A stretch of 64,000 bases of DNA from Azolla caroliniana (lineage: Eukaryota; Plantae; Polypodiophyta): assembly GCA_043228905.1 (NCBI GenBank), contig JBHGNT010000010.1, forward strand, positions 15,066,001 through 15,130,000. The letters are read 5' to 3'. Of the stretch, positions 12,376 to 31,607 are shown piece by piece; the first letter of the stretch is position 1, and every line of letters starts with the position of its first letter. Under the pieces are notes generated by a model. That model saw nothing but the letters and a program-made list of their open reading frames with translations. It was not told the origin of the DNA and made no database searches. A program made the translations under genes and the position numbers.

Positions 12376-14812
12376 TAAGCATATTGACAAAAATCCAAAT
12401 AAAAAGAGAGAACGCAAGTTTCATGATGTTGACCCACCGAAAACATCCATGAGAAGGTTCATATTGATCATACTATTATGCTCAATGAATGTCAAGCAAA
12501 GCCTTTGATTTCTATTGGCATATCTCTAATTCTTGATTTCATGTCTCCAATGACCAACACAATCCCTTCATTAGCATATTTAGTAGCCTCGAAGCACAAA
12601 TAACAAAAAGGGATTGGTCTTGTCAAACACAAAAGCATGTCACCATAATGATCTCCCTCCCCCCAAATGATCAATCCGCTATGCATATAGGTGCCTCTAC
12701 TACATGAACACATGCCCACACGTTTCTTTCAGAAATAGCCATCACGTATTGTAGTTCCTCTCTTTACATACTTGCTATACCTACACTTGACCTTTCTGAA
12801 TCTCCACGTTGTGGCACCCAAAAGAGAAATGGGTTACAAACATGACTAAATGGCACTTGTCGTTTTCATGAAGGATGGGGGTTACCTCGTTCATGCCTTT
12901 CTCCCCAGTTCCATGAGAATTTGTCTACGACAAAAGTTGGTCCCAAGGGATGGGTCACAAAGGAATGGATGGATGAATGAATGTATCGATTGCAGGCTAT
13001 GGAGTTTTTACTGAAGAAGCATTGTAAGCTTGTCGGACATAAATGTATGTATATGTATAATATGTGATCACGAAGCAAGCATTGCATTGGGTGTCCAACT
13101 GAAAAGAAAAGAGAAAGGAGCCAAAGAGAGAGAGAGAGCGAGCGAGCGAGAGAGAGAGATTAACAATTGGCAACGATTCGGTTTGAACCGAACCGAACCG
13201 AACCGTGAAACCTGGCTTAACGGCTTGAATGGATGGATGGATGGACATGAATCAATGAATGAATTGAATGAATGGAACCTCTTCTTCATCTAATGAATCT
13301 CATCATCCAAATTTGTACATACATATGTGTGTGTTTGAGAGAGAGAGAGAGAGAAACAGAGCATCCCTCTGTTCCTCTCCTCTGTTTCTCCCTGAATAAT
13401 AACCAGCTCTCACCCCAAAAAAAAAAACAAAAAAAAACGAAAAGCTTAGGCCCCGGATTAGGTGTTCGACAGTTCAAAGATTGATTATATAATCCGGAAG
13501 AATATTCATACATATGTATACATCTCCAATGTCCCTTTGATTTTTGAGCTCTATGCGTATTCGCCATTGATGTTTCAAAACCAGGGCCCCAGATCAAACC
13601 ATGAGATAAAGATTTGGATCTCTCCCTCTCTCTACGTTCATTTCGTTTCAGCTCGATACGGATTCGCCATTGATCTTTCAACATTGGGGCATTTTGAGTC
13701 TAGTCGTCAGAGAGAGATTTGAATGCGGGTAAGAGAGTTATTCTTGGTTTTGGTCAGAAATTCGATTTGTATTACATATAGAGAAATTTTCCATTGATCA
13801 GAATTTTTTATATCTAGAAAACCCTGAATCACACAGTACAGAGAAAAAGGTGTTTTGATGCATTGTGCAAGGCTATGGAATTTTTTTACATAGATAGGTG
13901 TATATAAATATATTTGTATATACACCTACATACATGCTTACATATTTGAGAGAGAGAGAGTGATTCTTCTTGATACTGTGAAGATCAACCGTCTTTCCAG
14001 AGATTCCACATCTAATTCTGAGAAAAAACCCTGATGAATCGTCAGGTGATGGTTTTGACCTTACCTATTGCACATATAATTTTTGGTAAAGACCATAATC
14101 GATCATCAGGATTTGGTGAAAGACATATCTTTTACTGATTATATGAATGCATTTTCTGAAACTCTCAAAGAAAAGATGTTTCGATGCAATATAAGGCGAT
14201 TCGGAAACCCTAAACCCATGGTTACACTCTTCCCCTAAGCCCTAAATCACACAGTTATATGCTTCTCCAGAACCCTAAATCAGGCAGTTTGATGCTTTTG
14301 AGAATCCCTGAATCAGACAGAGGAGGTCTTTGATGCATTACAGAGCTACGGTGATTGAGTCTCAGGAAACTGCTATATGATTTTGGTAACCTAATCACAA
14401 AGAGAAGATATTTTGATGCATTATAAGGTTATGCTGTTTCATTTTCCAGAAAGTACTATAAACGTTCATGAACCGTAATCTATTGCTCAAAGGAGTGTTT
14501 TTTTTTATGCATCGTGAGGCTATGGCAAATCTACCCTCATTGTGATTCTTTGAATCAGACATTTCTTTATCCTTTTGAGAAACCATAATTCTGAAGATAA
14601 CATCATACATACATCATTCTACAAAGATAGAGAGATGGAAGGAGAGAAACTTATTGGTAGATTTCTCAAAGAAAAACTTGAGGTCATGGTAATTCTGTTC
14701 TCAGTATGATACCTTGGATCAGAAAATTCGTCCTACTTTTCAGAAACCCTAATTACAAAGACAAACCTCTTACATACCTTAGAGAGAGAGAAAGAAAAGT
14801 AGTTTATCGGCG

Positions 14813-19606
<4,794 letters not shown>

Positions 19607-21831
19607 TTCATGATAATTTGGGAAGTGTCTCCATAAAAAGCCAAGCTACCACCCCTATGCATGTAAATATTCTATTTTTCACACTGATAACCATTTTTTT
19701 ATTCATATGATGTGTTTATGCAGCTGTTAAAATAGAATTTTCTGCTATTGCAATGCCTTTATTTTGTAACTTTTATATTTTGGATTCGAATGCCTGCTAA
19801 ATAGAGATGGTGTATATGAGTGCGTATGTGTCTATATATGGATACACACAATTCATCGATGGCAGAATTTCTTGTGGAACTCATGGATGGAATAATGAAG
19901 CTACCATTGAGAGCTATTGTCCATTACTATCTGTAAAAGAGTTTCTTGTACAAGCAATGTGACCAATCCACCTGACCTGCAATGCGCCCTTGGAACATTC
20001 CATCATAATTGGAGAGATTTGGAAGTCATGTCCAACATTATGAAGATATTTGTATCCTTTTGGCTCTGCACCGCACAAAATTACTTTGAGCAGCCATGCA
20101 TAGAGTTTTAATATATTTCTATTTATTGTGTTTTCTCCAAGCATAATCATGCGTAGCACACGTGGGACCAATCGACAAATGTGAAACATAGAACCTTAGA
20201 AATAAGAGGATTGCTCAAGAAACCCATTGTTGGGTACCCATCTTTTGCTGAAGATCCAAGTGGATATGAAAACATTCCACCTTTATCTTTTTTATGTGCC
20301 ATCCATAGTTAAGAAACTGTTGGTAGTGCATTCTTTCCTTGAATTTCCAGACAATTTTATTGCAACTTAGACGAAGACATTTTGGGACCTTGAATTATTG
20401 GTGATAGATGATATGATAGGGAGAGGTTGGAAAGGTATATATTTTTAATAATGAAGACGAGAATGTCCTTTTATCAACCATCATAATTACAATGACATTT
20501 TCAATGTCTTAGATGAACATGGTTAAAAGTTTGGTGGCCAACAATAGACACCCAAATGGGTTGGGTGGTTGAAATTATAGGTTCATATTTTGTAGAGTAT
20601 CTTTCATGCAATGTCTATTTTAGCTCAACAAAGGCCAAAAAGGGTCAAGAGATAGTGCTAATAAGTGCTAGTAAGTGATAACTAAATGGATTCGAAAAGA
20701 ATATGCCACAAAAGGGATATGCGTAAACTACTGCATTATAGCTTAATTGATTTCAAAACTTTTAAAGGTTTTGATAAAACAATAGTTAGATCTTCTAAAT
20801 AAATCTAGATATTCCAAAGATGGGAGGAATCATGTCTATAATATATTTTGAACAAAAGGGGCTAAAATCACGAGGTCCACCCATTTGGAATGTACTTGAT
20901 GTAGTTCAATGCCATAATGTCGATGTAGTTTATTGTGATAATGCTCCCAATGTTGAATTGTACACATCCTTTTCCTTTGTGACCTAGATGTCCGTAATTT
21001 ATCATGCTTTAACACATTACCCTTTTCTTATGATGCTTACATGTTGTCATGTTCCTTGTGTCATTTAGGAATGCTCCATATTCCCCTCAATCGAATGAGA
21101 TAGTCTAATCACTTCTCGATTATTGGTGTTTAGTGTTTGTTCCAATACTTCTCTGATTTAATTTTCGATATATTTGGGACATGCTCATACGACTACTATA
21201 TATCATAACTTTCATACACATCCTAAATATTTACAAGGTTCAATTAAATTTTTGAAAATGCGAGACATTAGTTGTTTTTGAAGAAGATGTCGTAATAATT
21301 TTATCTCTTTAAGGAATTGATTGACTTGGGAAATAAGACATTTATAAAAATAAGACGTTAGTCTACTGGGAAATAAGACATTTATGAAAATGTCAGAAAT
21401 TAATCTTCAAAATCGATGTGGAATATTTTCCTTTGCTTAATAACATAGAAAAATATTGATCAAGATTATGAAGTATTCCATGTTTTTGATGTGGAGGATA
21501 CTCTTTTGGGGAACTCTACTTATCGGTTCCTAATTTGGCAGGTGTGGTTTTCATGTAACCAGAATATGATGAAATGTTTGCAATTTTATAATGCATGGTA
21601 CCTAGAATTTCATTAAGTGTTGTGGACAAGCTATTTATGTGGATAGCTTTTACGATAATATTTGTCTCAAAATATGTCGTAAAAAACCCTTTAATCATTG
21701 TAGTGTATGTCATGAAGGAAATGTAGCACATCCCATCATTCACATGGACATGGCACATGCTCTAAGAAAAGTAAATCGTTGTAGAGTATGCCATGAAGAA
21801 AAATGTAATGCGTCCCATCATTCACATATAC

Positions 21832-22260
21832 ATTAGAATTAGAATTAGAATTTTTATCGTCCATAAAGAGACCAATTTTGACCTATGGGATCAGAGTATA
21901 CATGTGTTCTTGATATGTGTCTCCTTCCTAAAAAGGGGTATTTATACATTGAAGTAAGAAGTCTCTAAGCGTGAATAAAGCATACATATATGAGCTCAAC
22001 CGTCTAGGTGGTGTCTTAAGTATGACACTTAAGTTATCACTCCTTAGTATGTCAACATATCTTGAATGAATTGCACTATACGTCAAGCAAGTGACATTCA
22101 TCCTCTACCATGCCCTCATTGCATACTTTACATGCCTTCAAATTCGTTACATTTTGATACCATGATGCAACTTCAATACCTAACTTGTGAGATCGAGCGC
22201 GAAGTAGTGTATATGATCCCCAAAGCTAGAGGGGATATGTATGAAGAGGGCACTATAAAT
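21832..22260 (-). mobile_element. Second 5'-truncated copy of the same LINE family
   Basis: Colinear and highly similar to 15582-15945 (tttttatcgtccataaagag..gaagtagtgt). The 3' tail is a short (AATTCT)n repeat. Confidence 0.75.
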
Positions 22261-23348
22261 ACACTATTTTATGTTTTTTGGTGTATCCGAACGTAGGCCA
22301 AGCCGCATTCATATTATTTTTTAATCCACCATCAAAATCAAAATACCTCAGTAATCAAATTCTTCATAAAAAAAGATAGGCCTTGAAATTTTTTTGTATG
22401 TCTTCAAGATATAATGCCTTTTTTTCATCATCACAATTCACAACAAACATAGTATTTGTCAATTATCAAATCCTTCATGAAAAAAAGATAGGCCTTGCAA
22501 AGGTTTTTTAGTTTTTGGTATGTTTCCAAGACATAATGCCTTTTTTCCATCATTAGAGCAAACACTAAGGTTACCTTATGATGGAATAGATTTCATTTTC
22601 CAAACATGGTTTATGGCCAATACAATTCATTCATTTGCATGGATTATAAATTTTTCCTGGCATTGCACATCCATATCATAAATCATGAAGCTAAATTTCC
22701 TCGTTAAGTGCAAGTGGAGGGGTTTGTAATCACTATGTTAATCATCTAAGTGGAGCATTGATAGTGAACCTTAATTACTCTCTATTCACTTAACCATTCT
22801 ACTTGAGACACTCATATATGATATCAAAGTTGGGCACATCATCATTGTCTTTAGGCCTTCATCTCAATCTGCAAATAATACTTGTGACTATGATGAATTG
22901 CTCAATGTGTTGGACTCAAACATGATGCATGTCCACAATATGTGGGCAATAAATGTCAACCCAACAGTTTTCTCACGACGCGTAAGCTAAAACATGCCAA
23001 GGAACCATGTGACATCTAGAGAGTGTTTACAGTTTATGGGCTATACCATAGATATTAACACAATCCTGACAACCTTCTCAGAGGTGAACGATACATCGTT
23101 TCCCCTTGGAATAGCAAGAATTTAATCCACTGAATCAACATTGGGATCATCAGTTAGAATGATACAATCTCCATGAGCAATAAATATTGGGGAGACCAGC
23201 CACTAACGTCTCACAATCATACATATATTCCCTCTTGGGAACTTGAAATGACTGGAAACTATCATCAATCACTACATTAAAATATTGCATTTCATTACAT
23301 GTTAAATTCGGTGTACAAGATGATGAAATCACAACATCTATAATGGTT

Positions 23349-24805
23349 TCACGTGGCTTCTTTGACTCCATACAAGGACGCATAATGACCTCCGAGAGCA
23401 ATGAGAGACAAATGGGTTCCTTGCTCCATGACTCTTCCATCTTTTAGAAAATATATTTTATCTGCTCGTCGTATAGTCTCAAGACGGTGAGCTATCACAA
23501 ACACCTGCATGTTCATCAAACAATTTGCACAGAATATGAAATTAATGAATTTAATATAGATAATTGAATCAATGAACTTACTGCCGATTCATAGAAGGAA
23601 TGAACTTACTGTAGATAATTGAATGAATGAATGAATGAATTAACTTACTGTTCGACCCATCATGCATTTTTGCAACGCATCCTTCACAAGTTTTTCCGAG
23701 ATATTGTCTAAAGCTGATGTTGCCTCATCTAATATCAATATCGACGATCGCCTATAAATTGCTCTTGCTATAGACAACCTATTCAGACAATGAAAAACAA
23801 ACAAATGAAACTCTATTTTTCACAAAAAACAATGATGTGAAATACAAAGACAGAAGTTTAAGAGCCATCTCAAGAGCATAAACTTAAAAAACCAATCGAT
23901 TCTATCTTTGTATGGGGGAAAAACATGAAGAAACATCCTAAAAGAGAGAGACGATCATAAACACCATAAGAAACATTCTAAAAGGGAAAGAGGTCACAAA
24001 TTACATCCATGTACCAAATTCTCTTAATCATTCTGATTATATATATATAAATAACTTAATAAATGGAAAAAGAGACAACCTCTGGCGTTGTCCACCACTT
24101 AAACAAGAAGCAGAATTGGTTAACTCTGTATTATAGCCATTTGGAAGCTTTTCAATAAAATGATGAGCATTTGCTAGCATTGCAGCTTGCTTTATTTGCT
24201 CCATTCTATCAGAACAAGCGTTCTCTCCATATGCAATGTTCTCAGCCACAGTTCCGCTGAAGAGATCCTGGTACAAATAAAGAACAAAAGCTCTGATTAA
24301 TAAATTGGTTTCTTTTACATTGTAGTATTTTGATAAATGAAAGTGAATAAAAAAACGCTAACATATTCTCATAGAGTTTAAGGTCGTGCATGTATCAATA
24401 TCAGATTGCATAGGAAATGATACTTCAATCATTGTGTAAGAAATGGTACTTCTAACAAATGTGTAAGAAAGGGTACCCATTAATAGTCATTGTAAATGAT
24501 CTGATGCTTTAATAATCACTGTCTAAGAAATGGCAATTTAAAGATTGCTATGTAAGAAATGGCACTTTTAAGATTGCTACGTAAGAAATGGCACTTTAAA
24601 GATTGTTGTGTGCGAAATGGTAAGTTATCAATCATAGTGTAAGCCATGGTACTTAACAACATTCTGAGGAACAATAGTCACATGTTGCCGGAGACTCTTT
24701 TCATTCAGATCCTTTATGTCATATCCATCTATTAATATAGATCCTGCAAAGAGTAATGATTTGGGACTAAATCTTCTTACAATTTGTTTTCAAAGCAGCA
24801 TAAAT

Positions 24806-24837
<32 letters not shown>

Positions 24838-26260
24838 CTGTATATATATGTGTGTACATAGATATATATATGTGTGTATATATTGATGTATTAGTACAGA
24901 ACACCAAATACCACCAATGTCTTGGGAATTTACCACAATACCTCCAAGTTTCCTAAAAAGACCAAAAATGACCCTACTTAATACAAAAGTTTAATACTAT
25001 ACCCCTATCTAGTTGGGTATTCCCCAAAATGTCGTCATGTTTCCAGATTTAACCAAATATGACCAACCTAGTATTAAGGTTTACTATGACAGGAGGGTTT
25101 GGTGCAGTTTGAAAACTTCGGGACAGTGTGGTAAATATCCAAAAACTTGGGACATATTTTGGTAGTTTTCCTCAGTAATAATCAACTAACCTTCGGTAGG
25201 TTCATAGAGGCCTAGGAGCAACTTTGCAATGGTTGTTTTTCCCCCACCAGAAGGTCCAACAAGTGCAACAGTTTCACCAGCTTGAATATGGAAGGATATA
25301 CTTGTTAATATATTTGGCAGAGCATCACCATATTTGAATGTGACTGAACAGAACTTCACATCCCCATGAATATGTTGCAAAACCAAAGATCCACCTTTTT
25401 TGGTTACCTGAACAGAACAAAAATGTGTTTAATCTAAATGAATTGCCATGTTTTTTTACAATCTCTCAGTAGTAATCAATGTAATAGATACACATCTTCG
25501 TAACCATACTTTCTGGGAAGGTATAAGCTCAAAAAGATGTTCAATCACTGGCTCCCCCTGTTTCAACTCATTGTATGACTTGCCTACAGCCTGTAATAGA
25601 AAGATCCACAACAATATAGAAGGCTTGTATCATCTCTTTATTATCAACCTACTTCAGTTTTCTTAGCACCAAGCCTTCACAACAATGCTAAATAAAAGGA
25701 ATGACAAAACATTACATGATAAAGACATGTATGAATGAAAAAAACTTGAAGAGGATAAGATATGTTCATGCACCTGAATTGGATCAATGAGAAGCACAAG
25801 AGATGTCATAAATGAGACCACATTTGGACCACCCAATGATCCACAAGTCATGGCCCAAGATGCAACAGAAAAAAACACTAGTGCTATTGTTGCATAAATA
25901 GCAGTGACTGCCTCTGGTATAAATGCTTTCATCCTTTTTTTCTTTAATCGTGCTTTTGCATCTGCCGAGGCCAGCTTTTCAAATCGTGATTGTTCAAATC
26001 CTTCGGCTGAATATGTCTTAACTAAAAACATCGAGACGAGTATCTGCAAGTTCTATTCCTATTAATACATGAATGCTCAAAAGGACTTTTGATGATAACT
26101 AGCTACCTCATTGAGATAGGATGACAACTTTGCTATGGTATCCTGCCCTTCTCTTGATATTGACTTCAATTTCTCACCAAGTAAAGCCACAATTAAGGAC
26201 ATACAAGGGACAACCTGACAAGAAGATCTATAACACATATTAGCCAAGGAATGCATGGAC

Positions 26261-26291
<31 letters not shown>

Positions 26292-28484
26292 TGTATGTAT
26301 GTATGTATACATACATACATGCACACATATTTATACACACACACACACACACATGTGTGTGTGTGTATGTTTCTGTATGTATGTGTGTATCTCTATCATC
26401 TTTCATTCAAGTATAACATTCAAAAATATTGTAATGGATTTTCTTGCCAATATATACAAACTTACCAGTATGATTATCATAGATAGCAAGCGACTCAACA
26501 TCATCATTTGAATGCTGACCACAACAAGTTGCAGAACGTTTGGTATCAATGTCTGTTACCACAGAATCAATACAATCATCAATCAGCATTTTACTAGATG
26601 GTATTTCAAAAATCAAAACTAAATGAGTATGTGAAGCCTTTTTTAGTTATTATGGGGATTTGAACACATGAAACAAAAGAGCAGTTGAAATCATTCAATC
26701 TAGTAGCATGAGCAATACTCTGTCTTTATATGTCTAATTGCACTACGTATTATGACAAACAGTTATATAAGGTGAATAGAACCTATACTAAGCATACTTG
26801 CAATAATTATAGAAAAGAAATATATAATAAGCACAATTAAAATCAGTAGACTACGGCAAAAACAACATATATTAAGGAAAATTACCCAGACATCTTGAGG
26901 CGGAGCTAAACTCCCCTTGTTGATTGATTAGGGCAAGAAAAGAAATATATTAACTGCAATTACAATTATTTAATGGGGTACAAATAAACCTAAACTACTT
27001 GCAATCACAATGATTTAATAAGATAAAATAGGGTTTAGCGCATAAACATAACACGAATACTATGATTCAATAAGGCAAAAAAACCCCATACCAAGCACAA
27101 TTATAGTGATTTATTAAGGCAAAATAAAAATATATTGCATACAATTATTTAATGGGGTACAAATAAACCTAAACTACTTGCAATCACAATGATTTAATAA
27201 GATAAAATAGGGTTTAGCGCATAAACATAACACGAATACTATGATTCAATAAGGCAAAAAAACCCCATACCAAGCACAATTATAGTGATTTATTAAGGCA
27301 AAATAAAAATATATTGCATACAATTATTTAATGGGGTACAAATAAACCTAAACTACTTGCAATCACAATGATTTAATAAGATAAAATAGGGTTTAGCGCA
27401 TAAACATAACACGAATACTATGATTCAATAAGGCAAAAAAACCCCATACCAAGCACAATTATAGTGATTTATTAAGGCAAAATAAAAATATATTGCATAC
27501 AATTACAACAAATAATGAAAACATAAATAATTTTAAACTGAGAACAATGAATTTTATTATAGCAGAAAAATAACCAACCTCTAGGAGAGAGTATACCAAG
27601 TCACCAGTGTCTTCTGCCTCAGTAGTAATTCTATATGCAATGTCACCTGAAGGGGGTTGATATCTATTGTCAAAATATGATGGGTAATTGTGAAGAACCT
27701 TATTGAACACATGTCGACGAACATCATATGTAACATTTGAAGATACTTTTGCAAGAAAGGATTGTTGAAGGAATTTCGATACTGATTTCAAGATTAGAAG
27801 TGACGCCATGTATATACACTCTCTGTTAATGTGATTAATGTCTCCTTTCGATACAATACTAGTGAATTTCCCACTCTCTGATACTAATGTAAACAGAGCA
27901 AAAACGGAAATTAGGGTAAAGGCCCATGCTTCCATGATAAGCTTCCATTGTGTCGATAAAAACGGGATTATAAGGTGAAAAGTACGGCTTAAGGGAAGAT
28001 GATTCTTATTCAAATCCTCATACGGAAGATCATCTTTCTTTATAGCTTTACGAAAAAGGTACTTCTTCTTCCTTAGTGATCCATCATAAGAAAGATAACC
28101 CTTTCTTATTGCTGGATAAAGAAAGTAATTTTCCGTCTTTATTGATTCATAATAAGGAAAATAATTCTTCTATGCTGTTTCATAAGGAAAACCCTTCTTC
28201 TTTCTAGGTGTATCATGTGATGCTGCAGAAATGCTCTGCTTTTCTGCTCTGATTACATGCCATGCTCTATAAAAACTCTGTTTTAAAGGGGAGATACATC
28301 GTTTTGTGTTTATATGATAACGGAGATATGAAGATTCAGAAGAATGAATTGAAAGAGGTATTGTCTTCTTGAAGGAATGTCTGTATCTTCCAGGGGTTTT
28401 TGAAGATGTTTCCTTCCATTTGCATATCTGTGATGAGAGGGGAAGAACAGGGGAGGGCAATACCAGACTAGACCCTAAATTCAT
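23349..28484 (-). CDS. ABCB29: ABC transporter B family member 29-like (plastid half-transporter); exons 28484-27579 (in-frame TAG at 28170-28172), 26552-26466, 26214-26107, 26043-25774, 25590-25510, 25407-25191, 24743-24658, 24267-24080, 23778-23649, 23504-23349
   Basis: [23 protein letters not shown], Walker [10 protein letters not shown], signature LSGGQRQR, Walker [21 protein letters not shown], and a Ser-rich transit-peptide-like N-terminus. Intron phases are consistent. One in-frame stop in exon 1 makes coding status uncertain. Confidence 0.88.
24898..25171. mobile_element. Degenerate Mutator-like MITE in an ABCB29 intron
   Basis: Imperfect inverted repeats: gaatttaccacaatacctccaagtttcc versus gaaaacttcgggacagtgtggtaaatatcc. 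No TSD confirmed. Confidence 0.45.
26961..27505. repeat. 179-bp tandem repeat, 3 near-perfect copies, in ABCB29 intron 1
   Basis: acaattatttaatggggtacaaataaacc.. starts at 26962, 27141 and 27320, with a partial fourth start at 27499. Confidence 0.95.
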
Positions 28485-29349
28485 TTTTGAAAAGCCCTAA
28501 ACCCTAAACATAAGCAATCCTGGAAATCTTCAACCCTAACCCTAGACAGGGAAGATCAATACCATTTGCATATCTGTGATGAGGGGAAGTTCAATACCAT
28601 TTGCATATCTGGTGTGAAGTTCATCATCAAACTTCAATCCCTTTTCTTATGGTTAGTTCAGCTTTGTTGTCCTTCATTGGTGCCATAATCTCTGCAAGCA
28701 ATGTACCAAGTGCTAGATACTTAACAACTCATAAAGGAAAGAATTGTAAATGAAAGAATTGCAAGCCTTGTGCATCCTATTTTGCTAGCAACATAGTGAT
28801 ATCATTTGTAAACTTTGTAGAGAATTATAATCTCTAGGAGAAAAATGAATTTCAATCCAATCCATGCATTTTGGTGAATACATGTAATAGTTTTTGTTCA
28901 TATACCTATACTGAAGCTAGAGTGATGTAAAGAAAATAATTCATTTCTTCATATCTAATGATAAGAAGCTTGTTTTAAATTACATTGACAATGATTGTTA
29001 GATCAAAATAGAGGGCTTATAGAGCATTGGGTTGGGTTCGATAGAATTGTAACACAACTTTGCAAGGTAGAAATGCTATTGGAGATTACATGATTTTTTT
29101 TTTGATTCTATCAGAAGAATTGAAAATGCTTTACTGGTCGCTAAGTTTCTTCGATAATGGAAATGCCATAAAGTGCGGCAAGTTCTCCTGCACTCATTTA
29201 TTCTGACCTCTGATATAGATAACGAGGCCATCTTTACGATGAAAAAGATAAACACGATGAAACAAGTATAGTTATAAACTGTGCACTTACTCATGAACAA
29301 CTTAGGGTCAATGGCACACATATAACGTATGTAATTAATGTGGACGGTG

Positions 29350-30890
29350 TTTACTCCTCATAGGTTCAAGACATCCCACAAGTATTTTTTGAAGTGAGGC
29401 TAGGGAGAAGAGAAGGATTGTTAGGGAATCCCTAAATTATGTTTGTCGCCTATTTGATTAAGAAGGAAATAGAGAAATATGTGTCGATCATAAAAATTAT
29501 TGACATAAATACTATACATGGCTCAAAATAGAAACACCTAATGATTTGCCCACATTCCTCGTCAAGATTCTAACTTTTATGCTTATTTGGATAAAGATCA
29601 ACCTTTTGCCAATCTGGAAGATGATATTGCTTATTTCATATCCAAAGGGGAAGTCATTGTCTTTGGTGACAAGAATGCTCATACAAGAAGTTTCCAACTT
29701 GATGCACAACAATCTTTTATGCCACATATTTAAAGGATGCAAGACGATATAGAAATATTATATCCGCTCTTCTAGTGATGAAAAGGTCCAAACCAATTGT
29801 GTGCAATAGTACTAACTTGCTTATTGCAAATGGTGTATCCTTATGGCCCAACACTAATGGTTTTACATGTAGAAAACACAATGGAAATAATGTTATTGAC
29901 TATGTGCTACTTTCCGAAGGTATTTTCAATCATATACATAAATTCTCACTTGGTGAATGGACACCATAATCCGCTCATAGGACTTTATGTATTGACATCA
30001 AATGTGTGCATGGGTTTAATTGTGAGAAGGTGATTGAAGATAATAAACAACCACACTTGACCATGAACCTTAAGCTAGTACGCATGTACTCCAAGATGGT
30101 TGAGGTTATGTTACAAATGACAAAGATACAAAATGGTGCCACACGAGAATGCAAATAGGAAGCTTTTAAGAAAGTCATTTTCTCATGCACAAACAAATGC
30201 TTTTTGACCAAGCACACATCAAGAAAGCTTTTGATATAGTACTTCATGAGCATCTTTGGAGGCTAATGGAAGAACTTGAGGTGCCAAGTGAATATATGTT
30301 TGCAATTTTCTAACATTGGGGTGCTATATTCCCACACTCATTAGCTGAACAAGAGCCCAAGAAAGCTTATTTTTGAGCAAAGAAGGTGCTAAAATCAATT
30401 ACAGATGTGGTAAATGACCAAGGTCACCTATTAGGCTTCAATGACGTGACATGTCATTATAGTATTGGGTCACATCATCGCGTTATCTGGAATCAAGTCA
30501 CAGAGTTGGTACTTTCCTTAGTACATGTGCCACCCCTAGATGGAGATCGCGGGATTCAAGACTAGATCTTACAAAAAGGCAACATTGTTCTTCCAATGAA
30601 TAAAGTTACAACATATTTAGTATATATGTTGTTGCAACCTTCCCCATGGTTTCACAAACATGCAAATGCATTGTGGCACCTACACAAAACACAATCCTAG
30701 TGGAAAAACATGCTTACAAGCTTAGGGAGTTGTGGCCTTCCACTTAAGCAACGGGTATTCCTATGGAGATGCCTATTGGGTGTGCTCCTGATTGGGTTGA
30801 ATCTTCAAAAGTGATTGATAGCCTCGCTGCATTGTACAAGATGTGGTGGACGATTAGAAAGTCCCACACTTATTATGGACTTGCCCACAC
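29350..30890 (+). mobile_element. Highly degenerate LINE relic (APE endonuclease and zf-RVT-like fragments)
   Basis: NGFTCRKHNGNNVIDYVLLS resembles the endonuclease T..S.IDY motif. LPLKQRVFLWRCLLGVL..CTRCGGRLES resembles zf-RVT. Many stops, and no RT visible between them. Confidence 0.6.
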
Positions 30891-31607
30891 AGAATAAAGA
30901 GAAATATGCAAGTGTCGATTAGACACTAATAATCAACATTAAAATGCTTAGAAATGTTACTAAAAAAAACCTAAGCCAAACTCTTCCCCTTTCCTCAACA
31001 AACGATTGATCTTCTACTTTGCACAAACGAATCCAACATGGAGGAGCTTCTCAACCCCTCCTTTACCAATGTTACATATTTGGGATTCAAGAGATACCAA
31101 TGGTCCTTATTTCTCTCATAAACCTCAAAAAGTGAACATTTTAAATCACTTTCCAAATTTCTGAGGTGGTTATGAACAAAAATATCCTCCCTCCAAAATG
31201 AGACATTATTTCACAAACATGTCTACAAATATAAATAGGGTTTAAGATTCAGGGTTTATTATTGTCATATACATGAAATTGGGGCATATTTGGACCTTCA
31301 ACATATCACTTCATACAATTGTTTTTTGAAGGACAGCAACGATGGGCACTTTGTTGCACAAATCTCCTCACATTTTCTTCCATGGAGATTATTCAAAATG
31401 CACCATGAAGTTGATGGAAAAATAACCAAATTATGAAGGGGATAATTTGGAAGGAAAACAAAATTATAAGAACCCCACAATTTATCCACTTTACTATGCA
31501 TAATATACATTCTTCGATCTCCAATTTGTATGCAAGTTGTCATTCTTCCATATTTGTGCAAATGAGAACACTATATATACAAATTCCAATACACCTTACA
31601 CTGCAAA

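Noticed and set aside
10200-12850. Possible decayed transposon coding sequence between NLP and MAPK
   Set aside because: No motif could be recognised with confidence. A translated profile search is needed.
20200-21050. Possible hAT transposase relic on the minus strand (NGWTS-like motif)
   Set aside because: Only one short motif among many stops, which is insufficient support.
28170-28172. U-to-C RNA editing as a rescue for the ABCB29 stop
   Set aside because: Reverse editing in ferns is known from organellar transcripts, and this is a spliceosomal nuclear gene.
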